Source: Macrostomum lignano (Eukaryota). Taken from it: a stretch of DNA of 64,000 bases. The notes beneath the pieces were generated by a model. It saw nothing but the letters and a program-made list of their open reading frames with translations, did no database searches and had not been told where the DNA came from. The translations under genes and the position numbers were made by a program. The stretch spans positions 248,001-312,000 of the forward strand of contig NIVC01000640.1 in the NCBI GenBank assembly GCA_002269645.1. Reading direction: 5' to 3'. Position 1 is the first letter of the stretch. Each line of letters opens with the position of its first letter. Shown here one piece after another: positions 12,201-20,800 of the stretch.

Positions 12201-14324
12201 AACCGGACAGACGGCGCCAAAGTCGGACAGCGCGCGGGCCAAAATGTGGCGGACGCGGCCGCCGTAGGCGAAGTGCGGCCAGTCGGACAGAGTCAGCCGG
12301 AGGTAGCGGCGCCCGCTCACCGAGGCGTTTCGGCCAGCCGAGTGGAGCCGGGGAAACTGGCCGAACTCGCGGTCCAGGATCTGCAAAGTGGCCAGGTGGG
12401 TCAGGTGGCTGACAGCGGCAAAGTGGCCAGGTGGGTCAGGTGAGTGGCAGCTGCAAAGTGGCCAGGTGGGTCAGGTGAGTGACAGCTGCAAAGTGGCCAG
12501 GTGGGTCAGGTGAGTGACAGCTGCAAAGTGGCCAGGTGGGTCAGGTGAGTGTCAGCTGCAAAGTGGCCAGGTGGGTCAGGTGAGTGGCAGCTGCAAAGTG
12601 GCCAGGTGGGTCAGGTGAGTGACAGCTGCAAAGTGGCCAGGTGGGTCAGGTGAGTGACAGCTGCAAAGTGGCCAGGTGGGTCAGGTGAGTGTCAGCTGCA
12701 GTGGCCAGGTGGGTCAGGTGAGTGGCAGCTGCAAAGTGGCCAGGTGGGTCAGGTGAGTGACAGCTGCGAAGTGGCCAGGTGGGTCAGGTGAGTGACAGCT
12801 GCAAAGTGGCCAGGTGGGTCAGGTGAGTGACAGCTGCAAAGTGGCCAGGTGGGTCAGGTGAGTGGCAGCTGCAAAGTGGCCAGGTGGGTCAGGTGAGTGA
12901 CAGCTGCGAAGTGGCCAGGTGGGTCAGGTGAGTGTCAGCTGCAGTGGCCAGGTGGGTCAGGTGAGCGGCAGCTGCAGTGGCCAGGTGGATCAGGTGAGTG
13001 GCAGCTGCAGTGGCCAGGTGGGTCAGGTGAGTGGCAGCTGCAGTGGCCAGGTGGGTCAGGTGAGTGACAGCTGCAAAGTGGCCAGGTGGGTCAGGTGAGT
13101 GGCAGCTGCAGTGGCCAGGTGGGTCAGGTGAGTGACAGCTGCAAAGTGGCCAGGTGGGTCAGGTGAGTGACAGCTGCAGTGGCCAGGTGGGTCAGGCAGC
13201 TGCATGGCTGGAACGGCACTGCATGAAGGGATCAGGGAGCTCAGCTCAGCCCCAGCTCAGAGCAGCGCGCCACTCACGGTCTCAAATGCCGTCTGGTCGA
13301 GCGCGCCCCAGTCGGCGCCCTGCACGCGAAGCGCCAGCTCCGCCAGCGCCGGGCCGACGCCAGTTCCGACGCCGATCATCAGGGAGCCGTTGAAGGCGCC
13401 AGAGCGCCAGAGCGCGTCCGGCAGCAAGGAGACGTTGAAGGACGGCGCGAACCGACCAGCGCCGTCGCCGTAGTCCCGCCGGAGCAGCGACTCAGCGTCC
13501 AGCAGGTCTCTCAGCGGCTTGCTCCGCAGGCAGTCGAGCGGCAGGCGGCCTTCATCTCCGATGCCGCAGCTCAGGCTGGCGGCCAGCTGGCTGTCCAGGG
13601 CGGCGGCCACTTCGGCGGAGGCCGACCAGCCCAGCGGCGCGGCGATGGAGCCGCTCATCATGACGACGCGCGAGAATCCGCCGCTTCCGACCGCGCCGAC
13701 CGCGTGCAGGCCGACAGCGGCAGCGGCGGTGCCGTGGCCGGCCAGCGTCACTCGCGCCGGGTCGCCGCCGAATCGGTGCAGCTGGTCGCGCAGAAACTCC
13801 AGCGCCAGGCGCTGATCCTCAAGGCCGTTGTTCTGCCCTGCCGGCACGTTGCCAAGGACGCCGAATCGACTGCCGATGGTTGCCATGACGACATTTGTGC
13901 CGATAGCGTCGCCGACTTCGTGACCGAGGCTGTCATTGAAGTCGGAGGAGCCGTCGAGCAGCAGCGCCAGGACGGGCAGCGGAGCAGCGGGGGCAAGGTC
14001 GGGAGTTCGAATGCTGAGGCGGAGCAAGTTCTCCTCGGGGTCGGCGGCCTCCTCGCCGGTCAGCTGGCAGTCGGAGCGGCTGAAGTTGAACGGCTGCGGC
14101 TTGGCGAACCGCCTGTCGCCGACCGGCGGCTCGGCGTACGGCACCCGCAGGAAGCGGAGCAGGCGGCTGTCGAGACCGTCGGGCATCGTCAGGTTGAACT
14201 CGGAGCCGACGATCGAGCAGCTTCCGATGGTCACATTGGCCTCTCCGACCGGCTGCGGCTGCCCTCGGGCCGCCGTCAACGTCAGGGCGACGACGGCGAG
14301 CGTAGCAATGGCGGCTCGGTACAT
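6224..14324 (-). CDS. Type I membrane protein (~1322 aa): signal peptide, two tandem catalytically inactive carboxylesterase/cholinesterase-like domains, Thr/Pro/Glu mucin stalk, TM helix, ~26-aa tail
   Basis: Exons 14324-13278, 12380-11993, 11612-11205, 10934-10683, 10278-9988, 9872-9571, 9096-8814, 7221-6224. All introns are GT-AG, phases are consistent (0,1,1,1,1,0,1) and the total of 3969 nt = 1323 codons. COesterase motifs: PYAEPPVGDRRFAKP, NNGLEDQRLAL, FGGDPARVTL (domain 1); GLPYAKPPIGGKRF, SEDCLYLN, VFLHGG, YRLGALGF, NLGLRDQ, GDRHFTCP (domain 2). Confidence 0.88.
7226..8717. repeat. 41-43 bp minisatellite filling intron 7 of the pseudo-esterase gene, about 35 copies
   Basis: Unit GTTAAGCGGTTGGCGGGGCTTTGGAGCACTTCAGTGAGTGGGA; the array ends a few nt from the acceptor at 7222. 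Confidence 0.95.
9092..9560. repeat. ~35/49-bp minisatellite filling intron 6
   Basis: Unit GTGACTGGCCCAGGTGCTGTGGG(T/A)GGTGAGAGGA, with or without GTGCGGGACTCAGCA. Confidence 0.95.
10405..10682. repeat. Short-period (CTCTCCTCACC)n repeat in intron 4
   Basis: Direct repetition; on the gene strand it reads (GGTGAGGAGAG)n, starting at the donor. Confidence 0.9.
10983..11182. repeat. 12-bp tandem repeat (T(A/G)CGGGACTCAA) in intron 3
   Basis: About 16 direct copies. Confidence 0.95.
11645..11965. repeat. 26-bp tandem repeat (GAAGCAGCAACTCTGAGCAGGCATTT) in intron 2
   Basis: About 12 direct copies. Confidence 0.95.
12381..13203. repeat. 33-35 bp minisatellite filling intron 1, about 23 copies
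   Basis: Unit CTGCAAAGTGGCCAGGTGGGTCAGGTGAGTGACAG; the last unit supplies the functional acceptor. Confidence 0.95.
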
Positions 14325-15134
14325 CGAATAGCGACTTCAGCTGCGGGCTCTGAGATTCTCGATCGCTTGGAGCTGGCGGCAGTGACTTCAGCTGCGGGCT
14401 CTGAGAGTCTCGATCGCTTGGAGAGCTGGCGGCAACGCCCAAACCGAAAAGGGCGAAGATTTGCCGAATTCTTGGCCTTTGAGCATTTTTAGCTTGGCTT
14501 TTTATTACTGCGACTGGCGGGCGGCCTCTCGCACAGTAAAAATTGATAAGATTGGATCCGTGTGCCTTGGTCTCTTTCCAGACTTAGATAAAACTCCGTT
14601 GAGCTCAGTGGTATGCACAAGTATTTACAGGCAGCACGGACTTTTTCACTACCTCTGGACGAAGGTAACTGAAATGTACTGCGCTCTCATATAGAGCGAT
14701 CTGTTTGTATTGGAGATGGTTGCTACGGATTATTATTACACATTTATCAACTGCCAGCATGTTTTCACAAGTCCAGTAGCTCCGCTGTGGACTGCTCACG
14801 TGAGGAGCTTTTTGAAAGTAGATTTGCTTCAAGGACACCGAATAATAAAAATACCGGTAATATCTTGCTTAAGCGCCCAAGCAGGAAAACACTGGCTTAG
14901 AAAATTAAATTGAAAACATGCTAAATTTGTTCAAAAATTTGTCTTAACTGCCAGATGGCATGTCAAATACAAACAATTGCAATGCGATTTTACTGCACTC
15001 ATACTGAACCTGTCTACTGAAGATGCCAACCAACAGCAGTCATGCTTGTAGATCAAATTATTACAATCAAATTTGTCTGGCTTATTAAATATGCGAAATA
15101 CCTTAAATAGCTATTAGTGAGCTACACTGCTTAT

Positions 15135-15614
15135 GCCAGTCAGCGGATGCCACTAATCCCATAGCCAGTCAGCGGATGCCACTAATCCCATAGCCAGTCA
15201 GCGGATGCCACTAATCCCAATGCCAGTAAGCGGATGCCACTAATCCCAATGCCAGTCAGCGGATGCCACTAATCCCATTGCCAGTAAGCGGATGCCACTA
15301 ATCCCATAGCCAGTCAGCGGATGCCACCAATCCCATAGCCAGTCAGTGGATGCCACTAATCCCACTGCCAGTCAGCGGATGCCACTAATCCCATTGCCAG
15401 TAAGCGGATGCCACTAATCCCATAGCCAGTCAGCGGATGCCACCAATCCCATAGCCAGTCAGTGGATGCCACTAATCCCACTGCCAGTCAGCGGATGCCA
15501 CTAATCCCAATGCCAGTCAGCGGATGCCACTAATCCCAATGCCAGTCAGCGGATGCCACTAATCCCAATGCCAGTCAGCGGATGCCACTAATCCCAATGC
15601 CAGTAAGCGGATGC
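15135..15614. repeat. 29-bp minisatellite GCCAGTCAGCGGATGCCACTAATCCCATA, about 16 copies
   Basis: Direct tandem repetition. Confidence 0.95.
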
Positions 15615-16029
15615 TATGTTTATATTTTCGAATGAGAAAGAATCAAAGCAGTGAAAGAGGCCAGGCAATGTTTCATCTTAATTTTCACATTTATAAATCA
15701 ATGTAAACAACACGGCATTATAATATATTTACGCCAAGTATATAAAAATTTACTTAAAGTTAACGCTTAATATAATGATCGAGCATCTAGAGTAGTCTGC
15801 GTGGATGACAAGATCGTTTAAAACAAAACACACATTAACGCATGCGAGTGCAACCACTAAAATTAAAATATAAGGATAGAAACTATAAAAACACATGTCC
15901 TGTTTGACATTCAAGATTCTTCGGCAATATTGATCGTAACAAATAACAATATAATGCGGCAACTGTGCTCAAAAGCATACACCGAACTTTAGGAACTATA
16001 AGGCGCTTTTGCGACAAAACCCGTTAGAT

Positions 16030-16262
16030 CAGGGGTCGGCTCGCAAAGCCTCTCTATCCGGCCTTCGGGTCCTTTAAACTTTACAACAGCAATCCGGCTC
16101 GCTCAATTTCTAAATCCCTTCTCAGTAATCTCTTCCTCTCCTCTTTCCTATCCTCTTCTATTATTTTCTCGCCTCTCCTTTCTCCTATCTTCCTCTCGTC
16201 TCAATTTCCTCTCCTCTCACCCCTCATCCGGGCCCTTGAGGTAAAAAGATCGCCGACCCCTG
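16030..16262. mobile_element. hAT-like MITE (~233 bp)
   Basis: TIR CAGGGGTCGGC...GCCGACCCCTG; imperfect 8-bp flanks cgttagat/atttagat; a related end fragment lies at ~49830-49900. Confidence 0.65.
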
Positions 16263-16614
16263 ATTTAGATAAAAAGAGTTTTACTCTTAACCGACTGCCA
16301 GACAACATTCATGCGTACTACTGGCGTCACTATTATTATTAAGTACTATTGTGCGAACATTTTATTAGCCGCGCGCAGTGAAGGTTTCGTTGAATCAGAA
16401 GACGCAATCGTTGGAACTGACACGGACGCAAAGATAAATAAACTGATATATTTTATTACCTATGCCTTTCTTGCATGGTGCAGGAGACGGGAGCTCGACA
16501 AATTATAAGGATGAGCAAGCCATTATTAAAATACTGTACTCCTATGTACATTTAACACAGAAAATATGTATTTGCTTCGATTTCACAAAAGCAAATCCGG
16601 TTCTGGGAGGTAGT

Positions 16615-17826
16615 GGCCCAGAACTGAGGATCTGGGAGTGTAGCTGCCCAGCTGAGGATCTGGGAGGCTGGCTGCTCAGCTGAGGATCTGGGAGGCTTAG
16701 CCTGAGGATCTGGGAGGCTCAGCCCGAGGATCTGAGACTGTAGCTGCCCAGCTGAGGATCTGGGAGGCTGGCTGCTCAGCTGAGGATCTGGGAGGCTCAG
16801 CCTGAGGATCGGGGAGTGTAGCTGGGAGTGTAGCTCAGCCTGAGGATCTGGGATGCTTAGCCTGAAGATCTGGGAGACTGGCTGCTCAGCCTGAGGATCT
16901 GGAAGGCTGGCTGCTCAGCCTGAGGATCTGCGAGGCTCAGCCCGAGGATCTGGGAGTGTAGCTGCCCAGCTGAGGATCTGGGAGGCTGGCTGCTCAGTTT
17001 GAGGATCTGCGAGGCTCAGCCCGAGGATCTGGGAGTGTAGCTGCCCAGCTGAGGATCTGGGAGGCTGGCTGCTCAGCTGAGGATCTGGGAGGTTCAGCCA
17101 GAGGATCTGGGAGTGTAGCTGCAAAGCTGAGGATCTGGGAGGCTGACTTCTCAACTGAGGATCTGGGAGGCTCAGCCCGAGGATCTGGGAGGCTGAATGC
17201 TCAGCTGAGGATCTGGGAGGCTCAGCCTGAGGATCTGGGATGCTTAGCCTGAATATCTGGGAGACTGGCTGCTCAGCCTGAGGATCTGGGAGGCTGGCTG
17301 CTCAGCTGAGGATCTGGGAGGCTTAGCCTGAGGATCTGGGATGCTTAGCCTGAATATCTGGGAGACTGGCTGCTCAGCCTGAGGATCTGGGAGGCTGGCT
17401 GCTCAGCTGAGGATCTGGGAGGCTTAGCCTGAGGATCTGGGAGGCTCAGCCTGAGGATCTGGGAGTGTAGCTCAGCCAGAGGATCTGGGAGTGTAGCTGC
17501 CAAGCTGAGGATCTGGGAGGCTGACTTCTCAACTGAGGATCTGGGAGGCTCAGCCCGAGGATCTGGGAGGCTGAATGCTCAGCTGAGGATCTGGGAGGCT
17601 CAGCCTGAGGATCTGGGATGCTTAGCCTGAATATCTGGGAGACTGGCTGCTCAGCCTGAGGATCTGGGAGGCTGGCTGCTCAGCTGAGGATCTGGGAGGC
17701 TTAGCCTGAGGATCTGGGAGGCTCAGCCTGAGGATCTGGGAGTGTAGCTCAGCCTGAGGATCTGGGAGGCTGGCTGCTCAGCTTGAGGATCTTGGAAGCT
17801 GGCTGCTCAGCCTAAGGATCTGGGAG
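16615..17826. repeat. Composite minisatellite built on GAGGATCTGGGAG plus variable spacers, just 3' of SPRYD7
   Basis: Dozens of GAGGATCTGGGAG cores joined by a few recurring linker variants, with higher-order duplication. Confidence 0.95.
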
Positions 17827-17878
17827 GGCGGCAGTGGCTCAGCAACGATTCAAGGCAGGAGCCAGGAGATTCGGGCAG

Positions 17879-20800
17879 CTACAGCAGTTGCTTCTCCTTG
17901 ATCAGCTCGCGAAAGCCCACAGGCGGTCCGAAAGCAAATGCCGCAAAGGCGCAGTCTAGAATTGCGCCATCGTCGACGTAGAATGTGGGGAACACTGTGC
18001 CCCTGATCCCCGTGACCGGCGTGTGCATCGGCTTGCCGTTCAGGAACACCTCCAGGGTCACGTGATCGTATGTGAGGCCAATGACGTCGCCCTCCTGTAC
18101 CGGGTCGGGCAGCTTAGCAACCGGCTGGTTGCCATGGTAAATAGCTGCATCGTCGCGCAGGGCCCACGACTCGGCGTCGGAGCCGAGATTGTTAGGCGAC
18201 TCAAGGTCGCAGCGAACAGTGCCGAGGCCGATGCCCCAGCTGCCGCAGGACTGCAGCTTCACCTCCCAATAGGCCTTGTCCTGTGGGTTTGGATTTCGTG
18301 CTGGGGTATTCACACTAAGACAAACTGTGAAGTAGCAGTCTGCCGGGATCGCGGTCTGCTCTGGAATTTCACTCAAGATTTCGACCAATTTTCCGCCAAG
18401 ATTACCTATTCGATTTTTTACATTTTGAGTTTCATTATAAAACTCCAACACTTAATAAAAGATATTGCTTGGCTATATTTAAAGATAGCTATATTGATTT
18501 AATAATGATTTCTTGCATCATTAAGGTCACAAACAAATGGGTTCTCATTTGCAAAAAGATTAAAGCTACATTTTCAACCCATTATAATTGTTATTTATGT
18601 ACTATTTTAAATGATGACACTATATTTTGTATGCCTAGCCAGCATATTGTTCACCAGCAAGTTCCTCTTATGCTTTATTGTGGCCAACTTTATGCTTCAT
18701 TAAAATACCATCCATATGTTGATATGCTGAATGAAAAGTCAGTTTAAAAAAATAATAGCAATAAAAGTAGTCCAATATGTTCCAACTTGTAGCTCAATGA
18801 TATATACTTTTTGGTAAACTTATCAACAAACTTTTTCTGTTATGCCCCAGCAGTTGAATAGTTGTTTTGTCTGAACTAATTGTCACTTAAATACTTAATA
18901 ATGTCAGTGCCAAGGCTGCGTGTGGCACCTTGAGGCATGGCAAAGAGTTTAGCACTGGTATGTGCTCTCTGGCTCTAGCTAAAAACTGGTCTATAGGCAT
19001 TTGTCCTTTTTATGATGGATGGGCTTGCCTGTCCTGACTAGGCTAAGCTTAGCAAGTGTTGGATGCCGGTTTTGCCATTTCTCGGCCCAAAATGTGCAGT
19101 TATACATATTGTATATATTTTCTGCATGCACAAATCATGCAACCAATAGAAAATAGGCGAAAACAAAACAAAAAAGCTTTGGTAAAACCACACGACATCA
19201 TTACATTCTTACAGCTCAACAACAATTTTGGACGTAATGTGTCTTACCAGATTAACTCTGATGTCCTTAACATAACTTTTCACTTCAGCTTCGAATCTGC
19301 ACTGGTGACAAGTCAAGAAAGAAGCTTGTTTGTGCTTCTTCGCTTGACCAGTTGCGATTAAAAGGATGCGAGAAGCTCGGCATTGCTGATGCGGATAATG
19401 TCTGGATTGTTACCGAAGATGGCTTCGAAATCGATGACGACGATTTAATACCAGAAATTGCAAAGGAAGCAAAGTTTGTTTACTTTTTGCTTCAAGGCGA
19501 GCTTTTGGACTGTGTATCAAAGCCATCAAATGAGACGCCTTTCATGCCAAGCAATCCTGCCAGACAGCAAGCCAGTAGCTCCGAACTTGTAGGATCTACT
19601 GGAGTGAGCATGCCAGGTGGAGCAGCTGCTGGTAGCTTACCGTGGCCTGAGGTCTATACCCTGCCTCGGATGGGCGAATTGAGTGACGCTCTTCGCGAAC
19701 TTCGGCTCAATCCAGAAAAGGGTGCAGAGTTCAAAGTTAACCCAACATTTGTAAACCGGTTTCTAAAGTTCATTATTGAGGACGTCTTTCAACAGTTCAA
19801 GTCTGAAGACAATCCATATTTGTCTGGTGTTGAAATTCGCGATATCTGCTGTGCCATAATTGCAACCTATTCTGGCCTCCGGGACGATTCGCCTGAAGGG
19901 TTCCGTTTTTGGCGAATTAAGATTTGCCGTCGCTTGAAGGACCTACGCAGTAGAAAGCTTACGTCATTCACAAGCCCAATCGTTCTGCAAATGCGTGGCA
20001 AGCATGGGAGGAAGCGCAAAGTAACTGCTGCTGCTGCTGCTGCATGTGCTCCCACTGGCGACACTTCAGCTGATGAATTGGGTGATGATGGTGTCGACGA
20101 ACCCATTGACGACTCTGGTGATGATGAGCAACCACCATTTGAGCATCGACCAGTCGAGCCCGACTGTCGAAGTGTCATGAATAAAAGTGTAGATTTTGAA
20201 AATGATGGCACCGTACCCCCCAGCCATGAACAGCGACGAGAGCGACTGAATTCTGATTTTGGCAGAGTCAGTATTTCGGAAGTGCTGGATGAAATGCGTG
20301 TGCTATTTCCTGTGCGAATTTCACGATGCCAGGATAAAACTGTTGCCGAGGAAGTTGAACTTTACCGACCGCTAACTTTATTGCCTGTCATTCTTCAAGA
20401 GACTCATCTGATGATTGAGGAGTACAATAAAAGCAAGACAGACTATATTTGTGCATCAGGTCCAAATGAGATTCGGACTAACATTACGGCAGCGCTGATG
20501 AAAATATACAACAATAGAAAACACCTAAAAAACTACAAGTTCTGCAAAAAATATGTGGATGCCGTCGACTCTGATGACGAAAAATTGTGTGCTGCAGTCT
20601 GTCTTCTTCTTGGTCGGCTGAAGATTGATGCCGAGAAGATTTTTTGCGATGGTCTTCCCGTAAGAATTGTTCGAGACGAGAACAGCAAGTGGTCCGGCGT
20701 TTCTGTCAATGGCGCTACCCTGGTGTTTGATAATGCAGCAGATACCGTCATTGTCTTCATCATCGTGTATGTTGCTTTCAACCTACAGCATGTCCCCTTC

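Noticed and set aside
14580-14830. Possible + strand exons divergent from the pseudo-esterase gene
   Set aside because: Would need a 30-nt intron, and no family is recognisable
18281-18451. N-terminal 56 aa of ORF 17879..18451
   Set aside because: Intronic read-through; SPRYD7 homology starts at the acceptor at 18281 and the real exon 1 is at 23730-23548
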